From Mizuhopecten yessoensis (taxonomy: Eukaryota): DNA of 64,000 nucleotides. Of the stretch, positions 48,211-61,629 are shown piece after piece. The translations under genes and the position numbers were made by a program. How positions within the stretch are numbered: the first letter of the stretch is position 1; each line of letters begins with the position of its first letter. The stretch spans positions 741,967-805,966 of the forward strand of contig NW_018408622.1 in NCBI RefSeq assembly GCF_002113885.1, in the 5' to 3' direction. Below the pieces are notes generated by a model that was given only the letters and a program-made list of their open reading frames with translations, was not told where the DNA came from and made no database searches.

Positions 48211-48339
48211 GCCTGAAAATATTGTTACGTTTATGCTTTCAAAGAAGCAGCTTTCGTCTCTTGGTTTCGTTGGGAGTTTATGATAATTGTTTTGTTGTGT
48301 TTAAGTTTCTCTTCGACTCCTTATATGGACTTTCCTTCT

Positions 48340-50640
48340 TTCTTTTTGTGTCTCCTCTGTTCCTGATGTGGCCTTTCCTATTGTTTTTGTGTCTCATTTT
48401 TTCCTGATGTGGGGTTTTCCCTTTGTTTTTGTATCTCCTCTGTTCCTGATGTGGTTTTTGCTTTTTTTGTGTGTGTCTCCTCTGTTCCTGATTTGGGCGG
48501 TTTTCCTTTTGTTTTTGTGTTCCACCTCTGTTCCCGATGTGGGGTTTCATTTTGTTGTTGTGTCACCTCTGTTCCCGATGTGGGGTTTAATTTTGTTGTT
48601 GTGTCTCCTCTGTTACCGATGTGGCGTTTCCTTTTGTTGTTGTGTCTCCTCTGTTCCAGATGGGGTCTTTCATTTTGTTTTTGTGTCTCCTCTGTTCCTG
48701 ATGTGGTTTTTGCTTATTTTGTGTGTGTCTCCTCTGTTCCTGATTTGGGCGGCTTTCCTTTTGTTTTTGTGTTCCACCTTTGTTCCCGATGTGGGGTTTC
48801 ATTGTGTTGTTGTGTCTCCTCTGTTCCAGATGTGGTCTTTCATTTTGTTTTTGTGTCTCCTCTGTTCCTGATGTGGTTTTTGCTTTTTTTGTGTGTGTCT
48901 CCTCTGTTCCTGATTTGGGCGGGTTTCCTTTTGTTTTTGTGTTCCACCACTGTTCCCGATGTGGGGTTTCATTGTGTTGTTGTGTCTCCTCTGTTCCCGT
49001 TGTGGCGTTTCATTTTGTTGTTTTGTCACCTCTGTCCCGATGTGGAGTTTCATTTTGCTGTGGTGTCACCTCTGTTCCCGATGTTGGGTTTCATTTTGTT
49101 GTTGTGTTTCCTCTGTTCCCGATGGGGCGTTTCATTTTTTTGTTGTGTCACCTCTGTCCCGATGTGGCGTTTCATTGTGTTGTGGTGTCACCTCTGTTCC
49201 CGATGTGTCGTTTCATTTTGTTGTGGTGTTTCCTCTGTTCCCGATGTGGGGTTTCATTGTGTTGTTGTGTCTCCTCTGTTCCCTATGTGGCGTTTCATTT
49301 TGTTGTTGGGTCACCTCTGTTCCCGCTGTGGGGTTTCATTTTGTTGTGGTATTTACTCTGTTACCGATGTGGCGTTTCATTTTGTGGTTGTGTCCCCTCT
49401 GTTCCCGATGTGGGGTTCCATTTTGTTGTTGTGTCACCTCTGTTCCCGATGTGGCGTTTCCTTTTGTTGTTGTGTCACCTCTGTTCCCGATGTGGGGGTT
49501 CATTTTGTTGTTGTGTTTCCTCTGTTCCCGATGAGGCGTTTCATTTTGTTGTTGTGTTTCCTCTGTTCCCGATGAGGCGTTTCATTTTGTTGTTGTGTTT
49601 CCTCTGTTCCCGATGGGGCGTTTCATTTTTTTGTTGTGTCACCTCTGTCCCGATGTGGCGTTTCATTGTGTTGTTGTGTCTCCTCTGTTCCTGATGTGGT
49701 TTTTGCTTTTTTTGTGTGTGTCTCCTCTGTTCCTGATTTGGGCGGTTTTCCTTTTGTTTTTGTGTTCCACCACTGTTCCCGATGTGGGGTTTCATTTTGT
49801 TGTGGGGTTTCCTCTGTTCCCGATGTGGGGTTCCATTTTGTTTTTGTGTCACCTCTGTTCCCGATGTTGGGTTTCATTTTGTTGTTGTGTCCCCTCTGTT
49901 CCCGATGTGGGGTTCCATTTTGTTGTTGTGTCTCCTCTGTTCCAGATGTGGTCTTTCATTTTGTTTTTGTGTCTCCTCTGTTCCTGATTTGGGCGGGTTT
50001 CCTTTTGTTTTTGTGTTCCACCTTTGTTCCCGATGTGGGGTTTCATTGTGTTGTTGTGTCTCCTCTGTTCCTGATTTGGGCGGCTTTCCTTTTGTTTTTG
50101 TGTTCCACCTCTGTTCCCGATGTGGGGTTTCAGTTTGTTGTTGTGTCTCCTCTGTTCCAGATGTGGGGTTTCATTTTGTTGTGGGGTTTCCTCTGTTCCC
50201 GATGTGGGGGTTCATTTTGTTGTTGTGTCACCTCTGTCCCGATGTGGAGTTTCATTTTGCTGTGGTGTCACCTCTGTTCCCGATGTGGGGATTCATTTTG
50301 TTGTTGTGTCTCCTCTGTTCCAGATGTGGTCTTTCATTATGTTTTTGTGTCTCCTCTTTTCCTGATGTGGCGTTTCATTTTGTTGTTTTGTCACCTCTGT
50401 CCCGATGTGGAGTTTCATTTTGCTGTGGTGTCACCTCTGTTCCCGCTGTGGGGTTTCATTTTGTTGTGGGGTTTCCTCTGTTCCCGATGTGGTGTTTCAT
50501 TTTGTTGTTGTGTCTACTCTGTTACCGATGTGGGGTTTCATTTTGTTGTTGTGTCTCCTCTGTTCCAGATGTGGTCTTTCATTTTGTTTTTGTGTCTCCT
50601 CTTTTCCTGATGTTGTCTTTCCTTTGTGTTTTGTGTCTCT
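48340..50640. repeat. 41-bp minisatellite, about 55 units
   Basis: tgtgtctcctctgttcccgatgtggggtttcattttgttgt with recurring multi-unit blocks. Confidence 0.98.
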
Positions 50641-51969
50641 TCATTCTTGACATGACCTTTAATTTGGTTTTGGAGTCTTTCTACTTTTTGATGAAACCAA
50701 TGCTATTTTAATGTGTCAACACCGTAGTAAACATATGTAATTTACTGTTTTAAAGTATGTAGTATTTTGTAATGTTTGGACGGAATATAATTGTTTTGTT
50801 GCATTATGAAAACGGTCGTAACTAGAAGTGCAACATGCATAACACCTTAGCACCATGTAATAATAATATTAAAATTATTACAGTTAAGGTTCCAGTGTAC
50901 AATGTTTATACTTCAGATAAGGACGGAAACATTACTGCTAATTGTTATAAGGAGCAATGTATTTTCACAAATCACTTGTTATCTTTCATCTGTTTTGAAT
51001 ACAATGAAGTCACTTTAAGCTGATCACAATATACATCTATATTTGCAGTTATTTATTGCATATATTAGGCATCTATTCTCTCTTTTTCATGATCATTATT
51101 TTATTTATTTATGTATTTATTTATTTATTTTGATTTTGCCATGCATATTAAATTAATAATCGTGAACATTTCTTTCACGTTGAAATTATTTTAAGTTTAT
51201 GATGTCTAGTGTTTCGTGATCGTTAACGATATCATAACAAAGACGTCCAAATCTCACTAATTACTATAGCGGATGATACTTGAACAACATCATCAGAGCG
51301 TCCCTACTTAGGACATATGCATGTGACCATCAGCTATATTAACTGAAGATCGACACACTTTTGTTTTACGTGGTAGTCACAATACGCTGTGTTTAACAAC
51401 AATGTATGTCAGAGCTAGAGGCTGCAACGGCAGCTCTGGCACAACTGAGAGTTCTTCAACATGTCACCCAGTACCCAAACCGTATGTAGGAATGCTTGAA
51501 ACAGAATAGAATGTAATCAACCGCTATCTGTTTTCAGAAACGTTTTCATAACATCTTTTTAAAACCTTTTCACTAAAACTACAGATAATTATCTGGAAAT
51601 GAACATCCAGTTTCGATTACTTTCTTTGCTCCCCATGCGCTATCACTTGCACGCGACCGTTCATTCAGCCAATAGCTGACATTCAATTAGGCCGTTTAAC
51701 AATATATCCGTTCGGCTGCCATCTCGTGTCTGCACCGCGGGTATCCTCGGGGTGTATTGTTCCCAGTGCCTTACCGGAGACTGTCTATTGTCCCTTGTCA
51801 GAAAGACTCCACGGTACTTGATTGTGTGTTTAGGGCACTGAACAAGGTTGTTGTCCCCCTCGCGGCGGAGTTGTACACACTACCGTTATACACAGCCACA
51901 GAACTTCATCAAGTCTTTAATTGACTCCACATTTGAAGATGACATCTCATCAAAATACAATTCCCAGCA

Positions 51970-52008
51970 TATATAAGGACCCTCCCTGATCTGGTTGTGC
52001 CATCACTC
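51970..52008 (+). promoter_or_regulatory. Candidate Fer2 core promoter: TATA box and initiator
   Basis: TATATAAGG at 51970 followed about 33 nt later by TCACTC; CCAAT near 51669; CpG-containing upstream region. Confidence 0.5.
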
Positions 52009-52297
52009 TTGTGTTGGTAACGGTTGTTGCTCATACTAATAGACAGTGTCTAGGCTGGCTAGATCATAGAAGGAATAACAAGCAACTTTACCAGTCATGA
52101 AAACTTTAGTGAAGTAATTTTTTTTTTATATATATCTCAATACATCAATTTTATACGTACGTGCAGCCAACATGTCTCACATGTAACAACTGTTGAGTTT
52201 TCTTGAAAACGTTTGCTTAATTATATTAATCTGGAAATAATGGTTTCAAATCTTTCGGCTAGCCGCAAAGATTTACGATTTTCTTTTGATTTTTGAT

Positions 52298-52832
52298 ATG
52301 GAACTTGCTAGAGACATTCCGATACAATTTTACAACTACTGTCGAAGTCTTGAAGAGGAAATAGAAACGCTTTGTGATCCCAGACCTTGTAGTTTGGAGG
52401 GAGTTGCTAACAAGTTATTCTTGCCGACATCATTTTGTTCTGCTCCTTCCCACTGTGATTCTTACGTTCAACACCAGGAGGGCTGCTCAGATAATTCTGA
52501 AGACTTTTTCCTTGACGGTTTACGCCAAAAACGTGACTCACTGAAATACGACGACGAATTTCCATCCCAACCTCAACGCCACGCCGCAAACATTCGCGAA
52601 CGAAAGAGGATGTTGAGTATCAATTCTGCATTTGAAGAACTGCGGTCTCACGTGCCGACTTTTCCGTACGAGAAACGCCTGTCTAAGATTGATACACTAC
52701 GGCTTGCTATAGCCTACATAGCGTTATTACGGGATATGCTTGATGATGACGCGCACGACCCCGTGGATTACGTGGAGCAGTGTCTGAGAACGTGTGAGGG
52801 CGGACAACGTCAGGCGCAATGGAACACTAGTG
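52298..52832 (+). CDS. Fer2: Fer2 exon 1 (bHLH domain)
   Basis: First in-frame ATG 52298 after in-frame stop at 52238; donor G|gtagga, phase 1. Confidence 0.92.
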
Positions 52833-55800
52833 GTAGGACTTTATTCTTTACAATTGTTTTAAATTTAGGGTAAAAAGTATCACTAACTGTTTAAATAAAA
52901 AAGCGGGAAAATATATATGTTCAACCAGCTTTTATTGAGTCGTGTATTAAGAAACCTGTAGGTTACTAAAATGCTTTTATCAAGAAACAAATTGTATCGA
53001 GGGTTTGGGGATTATTTTTTTTCAACGCTGTATTACAAGTTCAATTTCAGGTTATTTTACTGTTGTTTCGATATAAAAAACGGAGGTGAAAGAAATTCAA
53101 TCGACGCATCAGTATTGAATGCTGTGTATATATTATCTGCTTATATGTATGACTCAGTCTATACTATGAACTTTTTAAGGGTGTGGGTATTAACTATGAC
53201 AATCAAATTAAAAACAATCAAAAATAACAATGATAATAAAACAGCAGTCGCATCATTTGTCTTGTATTTTGGTAAACTTGTTCGAAGAAAATGAGCGATT
53301 TTCTTTTGACATTATTATGAATTTTAAGTGGTACGAAAATAAGTCTTTAACCTGAGTGAATGCAGTCAGGTTTGTCATCCCTACACATAAACAAATACGT
53401 CTGTGTGGTAAACATTCATTAGTAAAACATTAAGGAAATTTATACCAGCGTTAACGGGAAATAAACCACTTTTAAAAATGAGATTTTCAACTATTTCATT
53501 CATGTTTTATTATTTTAATAGAACACCATTTATTAGAGTGTATAATTTATGTTCTGTTGAAGTATATTACTTGAATCTCAAATTAAAGTCATCTCCTATA
53601 GTCTAAGATTTTTAAAAACCCAATTAGAAAATAATATATTAATTATTCATAACATGATTGAAAATCATATTATCTCTCATTTTATTTTAAATTCTTCGCA
53701 ATTTTGAAGAAAAGAATATATAATAAAATTTGCAAAGAATATATATATATATATCGGGACCTCCTTTATGATAAAGCATAACTGAACAAGTAAATAATTT
53801 TATTTAAATAATCACTCGAATTTGATATCTATTAAAACTTTCAGTAGCAGACACATACTGGCTTTAGGCTTCATCCAGCACATATTGTCATATCGAAGAT
53901 CAATTGACGTATAGGGTATGAACCTGATATAACATAACTAACTAAATAATTAAGATTAGGCTCTATGTCATAAAATTTAGTTAAAATGAGTGCTAATGCA
54001 CATTGATTACAGATGCAAAATTATATTACAAACTTATATAGTTTATGTGGAATACTGTTACATTAACTTGTATCAAGACATAAACATGCATTTTTTCATG
54101 AAAAGGATTATCTTCACATTAAATATGAGATGCATCGCCGTATATGAAAAATACGAGATGTGTGTTCTTGGTATTTTCCCAATACTGCGCAACTTCGCGT
54201 TATGTTATAGCAATAAATAAATAAATTTAGTTGGCTTTAGATTGACAACATATATAATCTAGCTATTAATATAAAAGACATTGTAAAACATACCTGCAGG
54301 CTATAACACGGGACCTTATTTTCGTTGAGTATACATGTTGTAAGCAAAGAATAAGGATGTAACAAATATTGATGGTTCCTTTTTTTTCAAGAAATTTTAA
54401 TAGAACGTTTTGTAACATTTCATTTATAATAAAAGTAGGATTCATTTCAACTTGGTTTAAACATGGTAAGTCATCACAATTTCTCGGACATTGCCGATTA
54501 CCTTTTAATGTACCTCATATATTGCTATCTGTTCTTATTGAGTCAGTGGTCCACGGTACATTTGATACTCATGCAAATCTTAACATTATTTTTCATTGGT
54601 TATTTGATAAATATCTAATATATCACAGGGAAGGATGTTAATATGCTGCGAAATCTTGAGTCCAATGTACTTAAGCATAGTTTGTGAAATACTAATTGTA
54701 CCAAACTAATGGTAGAAAAGGATTTGTTTTTAAATGTTAATGCGTTTTAGTGTCAATATATAGACAATAATAAGTTTAACTTTTTTATTTCAGTCTCAAT
54801 TCCATAATCAACTAATTAACTATAATTTCCTATTTTAGTTTTCACAATAGTCACTATCGAATAAATAAGCCGTCATCGACTAGGCTGAACTCTTACTGTG
54901 TTGTAATTATAAATGTTAGGTACCCGCTATTTCACAGTAGTGTAAGCAAAGAAAATATTCTATCCAACCATCAAAGAGTTATGAATTAACAAGGAAAACC
55001 ACCACTTAACGTGAAATAATTCAGACATTCATAACTTGGCTGCCTCATCGTAAAGCTAAACTGTTTATCGAGATATTCTTAAAAACCTCACTGTAATCCC
55101 TTCCTGAAAAAGGGGATAATATATATCAAAAATTTTGAGCTTCACTTTTGAAACATGTCGCGTTTTTGTTGTATAAGATATATCTAAACACAGGCATTTT
55201 CATTTAAGAATGTTATGCTCGTTTGAGTGTTTAGGTATTTGTCTCTTACAGATTCATTTTTGTTTCCTTCTCACATCATTTATCTACCTTTTATTTGCCC
55301 TACTGGTACTTTCTGTGTTGATAGGCCGGAAGTCATGTTGCAGTAATGAATCTTTTTTCAATCACCATTAAAAGTTGTTTATTAGGTCAATTCGATTTAT
55401 TAAAAGAGCATATTACGTACTTGCACAAAATACTGCAACACATTTTGACATAGGTATACTCTATACAATCTGTTTTTCTTCCTATTATATCTTACTATCA
55501 TATACGGCCCATCCAAACACAACAGCATTAAACATCATATCGAACTATTAGTATCTGTATTTTCTATGTTCATTTAGAAACTTTAGGTACACAAATTGAC
55601 CGATAAAACTACTGAAAATAGTCGTTGAGTAACGTGTTTGCAAAGCTAAGGTAAGGTAATAATGATTGTTATAAGAAATATTGTTTAACATTTGCCTATT
55701 TTTTTTAATTTTTTTTTGTAAAATGAACCTATTTGTTCTTTGACCATTTTCATGTGTACACCATTCTTTTTATCTAATGAAAAATATAAATGTGGCGAGG

Positions 55801-55943
55801 CCAAAATATACGTAAAATGGAAATAAAAACCATTCATTTTTAAATTTTCAGATTTAACGGCAAGACTTTCGTGGGTGAAATGGGAAAGTCTTGGAGTACG
55901 ACGACGCTCCAACCCCAACGCTTACAACCCGAATGCATGCTGA
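52298..55943 (+). CDS. Fer2: Fer2/HLH-13 (48-related-2, PTF1 family) bHLH transcription factor, 2 exons, 208 aa
   Basis: Join 52298-52832 + 55852-55943. b[55 protein letters not shown]; splicing reconstitutes the Fer2-type motif [19 protein letters not shown]. Confidence 0.92.
55852..55943 (+). CDS. Fer2: Fer2 exon 2 ([30 protein letters not shown])
   Basis: aattttcag acceptor, phase matches exon 1, conserved Trp motif, TGA 55941-55943. Confidence 0.9.
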
Positions 55944-56244
55944 CACCTGGCTCACAACTACATGATATTATAAATAGCAATATACAAACACGAATAGAGA
56001 GACAAAATCCAATTGTAAAATGAAATAACTTAAAAAATGGATATTTCGCCTTCTGATGAGTTTTATTGAAGTACAATGTAGCACACTTGATAATATCAGG
56101 AGGGAATGTGAAAGCCTCATGAAGTGTGATATGATGCTTCTAATTACTAATTCAAGAAATTATTGAATAACGTGATTTTATTAACAACTGGAGTCTGTGA
56201 AACATCCTTGCTCAAGAGTGTTTGTGGTTTTGTAAATATTGTAA

Positions 56245-56250
56245 AATAAA
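56245..56250 (+). terminator. Candidate Fer2 polyadenylation signal
   Basis: AATAAA about 300 nt after the stop, followed by a T-rich tract (56278-56300). Confidence 0.45.
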
Positions 56251-59200
56251 AACAAACTGTCTATTGTTATTATACGATTTTGTTTCTTTTTCTTTTTATT
56301 TGCAATGAAATTTAATAACACGGCATATCAGTAAATTGTATATACATGTAAACTGTTAAATTGTAAATGGCACAAAGAAGTTTAATTATTTGAGTTGATG
56401 TATAGCGGCTGTAATCCGTTATTTTTAGAACGTATTTTGGTTTTGTACATGAGATGGCAATCTAGTCCGGTTGTCTAACTATCCAGCTACATTGTAGTTA
56501 ATTCTTTTGGGGAAAAGTTTCCAATTATCTAAAATATGCCCAATGAATCAAGGTTTTTTACAATCAAGTCAAGTTATAGACAAAACGCATGTATTAGAAA
56601 GGATCGCTTGTACAAAATGCTTCGTCTAAACAAATAATATTTCTTTCAAATACCAAAAGTTGAAAAGTTTTCTTAATAATCAATACTTTAGTATAAAGTT
56701 TTTTCTACGAACACAATGCTGAGATTAAAAATATGGTTATGGTAAAACATTTATGCAGAGATCGCTTCGAAATTCCATTAAGAGATTTTTTTGAATATTT
56801 TTTGTTTTTAATTGCTGGTTCAGTTAACGTGAATCGCCTCTTAATACATGTAGTCTCTTAGACTCCAGCAGTTTCATTATGGTGATTTAAATTAATTTAC
56901 CTGAAAACTAATACAAACTCAAGTCCACGTAACGACCTCGAAATAATGTAAAAAAGTATCGTTATATTTACGCTAAACATAGATTTACACATGGAACTAG
57001 ATTGAGCATATAAGCACCATTTATGTCCATGCGTAATACTACCTAAAGCGTAAAATAAACTATAAACATTTTATACAAATTCAATAACAACCGTGGCCAT
57101 TGTAGAAAACTGTAACTAGAGATACAAATAATTAAGTACTGAATCATTACATTAATGACTTTTAATTTACGTAATTGTTGATTAAACAAGAGCAGAATAT
57201 TTCTACAATGTAAAATCGTATTGATGTAGATGACGATTTGTCATTTTACATCTCATGGTTTCTTTCATGAACAGAGCATCAGTGACCTTCATAGAAGTAA
57301 GTTTTAATGAAAAATAAAGTACTTGTATATATAGGATCTTAAATGAGTTTTCATTTCATATGAGATTTTATGAAACGAGTCTTAGGAGTTTTTATTTTTG
57401 CGAGATTTGGCGAGCAAAAATTAAAACTTCAAGACAAGTTTACACTAATGACATACGTAAAAATATTACACGGGCGAATTTACTGGATAACAGGCCGATT
57501 ATGTGATACATAGTTATGTTTCCAACGCAAGTTCTTCAATAAGCATTGTCAGTAGAAATTGTGTTCTTAGAGCTATGGACCCAATTTGATCAGCATTTCG
57601 AAGCTTTTCCTCCCGCCTCGATTAACATAAGACAACCGTAAGAACCAAACGTTTTGGTGACATTAGGCTGTTCCAGGAATCTTTTTTGAGCTGACGACAC
57701 AGATTCTTCAATATCGAAAATAAAAGGGAATATCTATTTATAGGTCCATAATAACTAAATATTTAGCATGTTAAGATGAGGATTGAACGTCATTTTTTTC
57801 AATATCCATGCCGGTATCAGCACAAATCGTTTACAAATATATTTATTATTAAATCCTAGCAAGCTTCACGGGATGTGTATGCAACCGATTTGCATTTATG
57901 TCAGCACGAAACTGAAAACATTTATTAGATACTTCGATATGAAAAAGACATTGAAAATTGAATTTGAAAATACAATGAACGTTTGCTGTCATCTTATGCT
58001 TCACCTTCAATGTTATTACACATCTGTATGTTGTGATAGTACACTAAATGATAAAATTGCATTAATCAGTCGTTAAAAGTTTACTTCTTGTTGATTTGTC
58101 TCATTGGGAAATATTCTAATCCTTTTTGCGAAGGGAAAACGATTCTTTTTATTATGTTCGTCAGTATATTTTGTATTTATTCAAGTACCTCGATTATTTC
58201 GTTGAGGATGCGACTTTACTGAAATCTGACCTGGATTGACATGGCTCGTGTTGTCGACAAAGCAAAAGACGCTTCCCGTATCAATAATAATCTTGTTTCC
58301 CTTGGTTTTATTTCTATGGTCTCTATAAACCTGTTCTTTATTCATATTTGCTCCTACTTTATCAACTGGGAAATTGAATTTCGGCTTTATTTTGAATTTA
58401 GAATTGTCATGCCTTTTAAAAGTGGTAATACAGTTCTTATAACACATATACTTAAATGAAAAAATGTCGTAAACATACACATATTGTAAGAAATAAACTT
58501 TTCGCGAATATTTATGTATTCACATTAAAACATAGGACGTGTTTTTGTATTCATGTCGAAAATCCAAATTATCGCGAATAGACGGGTCTCCATCGAGCTC
58601 CCGAAACCTAGCTTCAGCGATCAAAATTTTATACAAAAATTGCGAAAAATATGTTTTTTTTTCACACAGAGAAAATTTGAAGTTTAAATTTCAGGTATTT
58701 ATTTTCTACTTTGAAAAGCCCATATGACTTTAAAAAGTAAAATTACACAAGTTCTTACTAAAATAGTACCGAATAGTACAATAATCAGGAGATGAAAACA
58801 AATAATTAGGTTTTATATGCTATCTCACCGATGACTGATACAAATCCCAAAATGCATTCAAACCTTTGATTACAATGAACCACTAATACAAATTGGTTTG
58901 AACGAGAAGGGAGCAGATCACTCGTAGGTAAACATATTGACCTTTTGAGTATTTTTCACGTTTGTTATTTTATGAGAAACTAACGCAGACGTTAGGATAG
59001 CATTTATACAAAATAAAATAACGAAAACAAGCATACTATCTAACAAATGAAACAATTCTTGAATCCTTTCCGGTCAAGCAATTATATCTACCCAGATGTC
59101 ATCAGAAGTATCTTTTTATTTATCTACAATATCGAGCAATGATATCTTCAATAAGATTTATCAGTTTGGAAATATGTGATATCAAAGTTTTACTTTTCAC

Positions 59201-59927
59201 ACAAACAATGTACTATTAAAACTTTGATATCGAGCAATAATATTAATAACCTATATGAGGGAGCAGACTTCGGTTGAAGAAGCCCTTTCTCTGTGGACAA
59301 CAGGAAAAATTACATTTGGCAACTGGACATTCCCATACAACGGTCGGCTGGCCACTATTGCTCTGTCATTCTCACCCCCATCGGTCGAACTGGGACAAGG
59401 GATCATTAAATTGCCGTCAGATATACGTTCCTTCCTGGAAGAAGGCGTGGTTGACGGCATACGGAAGAATAATGTTAACCTCGACTGCATCACCAACAGT
59501 CACATACGGACTAATAAAACTGTTGTAAATGTTTACAAAATACATCCCACATTGTTAGAAAATATGCACTAATGTCGAAACAAGTCAGGTATCATCCGAT
59601 CTGTGTCAAACAATCGGAAGTATCGGTCCATCATCTGATCTTTTGAGAATATAGACTTTAAACACAAAATTCGCATATTTTATATGCTGTTCACCAAATA
59701 TGCGATTCAACGTTTCCATTAATCCTTCTTTTGACGTCAAAGACACAAAGAGTTTCATCTTTCTGTATGGTTTCTTTCGATTCGTGAAACATGAACGCAG
59801 TTAACACGTGTGATTGCACTTTTGAAATTTGATAAAGATACGGTGTGACAAAAATTAATTACACAAGGATAGTCTTTAGATCAGGAACAGAATCCTGAGT
59901 TCAATGTAACCGATTTTCCCAGGTGTT

Positions 59928-60068
59928 CAGACAGCAAGTTTGGGGACCAAGCATGGCCTGACGTCAAATTCAATATATTTGCAAACCATCTAGGTATTTC
60001 CACTATTATTTAAATTATATATCGCAATTTGACGTCACGCCATCATTAGTCCCAAAACCTTCTGTCTG
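59928..60068. mobile_element. Fold-back/MITE-like inverted repeat with about 45-50-bp arms
   Basis: CAGACAGCAAGTTTGGGGACCAAGCATGGCCTGACGTCAAATT vs reverse complement of the right arm CAGACAGAAGGTTTTGGGACTAATGATGGCGTGACGTCAAATT. Confidence 0.75.
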
Positions 60069-61489
60069 TCGGGATAATACGCGTCACATCAAACATCTCA
60101 GATATTTCTGCAACTAATAGGCCGTTAGGTCAATACTCTTGTGATGTGCACACGTTCTTACATGTTACTCCAAATATTGTGCGTTATCTTTCGCCTTTTA
60201 ACAAAATGTACTAATACCATGGCTAAAACATAACACTGTTGACAGGATTATTTTCACGTTGATGATAATCTTGCGATTTGAACACGAAAGTTGAATAAAA
60301 TGGTGCAGTCAGCGATAGATACACGCACTCTTGATTTGAACTATGATATAACTATACACTTACAGCATTTGTCTGTCTGCAGTGGATATGAAGGATAAGC
60401 TCATACTTGAAGTGTAATTTGGGATTTCACAATGAGAATATAATACAAAACAACAAATGAATTTCTTTTATACGACTAAAGATGTATGTATATATTCAAG
60501 CTTCATTAGATTTTGTGGTGTATATAAATATATAGAATATAATAATTAGTATCCAAGATCTACCGCTAAGCCTTTCTGCCTTCTATATAAACAGCTTTCA
60601 CATTTTTCATGTTAAAAAGAACTTGTGTCATAATCTGTTTTTCAACCAAATACACATTTAACATGGAAAGTATATACTGTTATAATCTGAAATTCATTCA
60701 ATGATTATTTACAAACACATTTTACGTTCTGCGAAAGGAAAATGTAATAGAACCTTTTTGAATTTACAGCAATATTTAAGTCTCACACGAAGGAAAACAT
60801 TATGAAATCATGCGGATTTAATGTAGAGTGAATAAAACAAGAAATATTCCAATAGCAGAAAAGGCTCCGAAGTTTTATATGTCTACCGTGATACATGTAT
60901 GTGTGTGAAAACACTTGTTTATATAAAACCGAACAGAGAACTTTGTCAAAGTTGAACTAGATAATTGTCCAATGTTTTCATCATAAACAGAATAAATACC
61001 AAGTGAATTTAAATTAATATGTTAATCATTTCACACTATAACTGTGAACTATACAAATATAATATATATATTTCAAACATTTAAATGGGAAATTTAGTAC
61101 TGCTTTGGAAAATTGTGAAACAATGGCAAAACATCATAACATCACCTATTCATTTAGAAATTAAATGGAAAACATATTGTTTAAACAAACTTATGTCTGC
61201 AGTATCAAATCCATTTTTTAATTAAAATTATTTTGGCGCTCCTGCCTCCCTCTGATAATTTCCAAAGATCCCTTTACGACCAACAAAACCAAAAAGGCTT
61301 AAGTAATGAAAAAATAGCATGTTGTCTTTATGATTAAAAATGCAATACTTTCCAACACAATGACATAATTCCGAATCAATTTGCTAATCACCAGGCAAAT
61401 TTTTAACATGCAAATAAATATCATGCAAGTACAAGCACGCAAGTAAAATCACAACAAAAGAAACAATTCTTTACATACACCAAATTGTA

Positions 61490-61495
61490 TTTATT
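61490..61495 (-). terminator. Candidate polyadenylation signal of the TEX12-like gene
   Basis: TTTATT on + (AATAAA on -) about 480 nt past the stop codon. Confidence 0.3.
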
Positions 61496-61629
61496 ATTAT
61501 TTGCATTCAGTTAGCACCGAGTTTCATTAATTTTATAACGAACACACTTCCACTTCACATTATCTAATAACTTCAAGATATAGTCCAGTACACACAAAAA
61601 TATAATCTTCAACTACTTCACCTTTGAAT

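Noticed and set aside
48278-50711. Long Cys/Phe/Val-rich ORFs (up to 388 aa)
   Set aside because: They are stop-free translations of the 41-bp minisatellite in several frames at once.
52286-52873. PTF1A or Fer3/NATO3 assignment, and a single-exon model
   Set aside because: The bHLH ([22 protein letters not shown]) plus [12 protein letters not shown] is Fer2/HLH-13 type; it lacks the PTF1A WTP motif; a phase-matched second exon exists.
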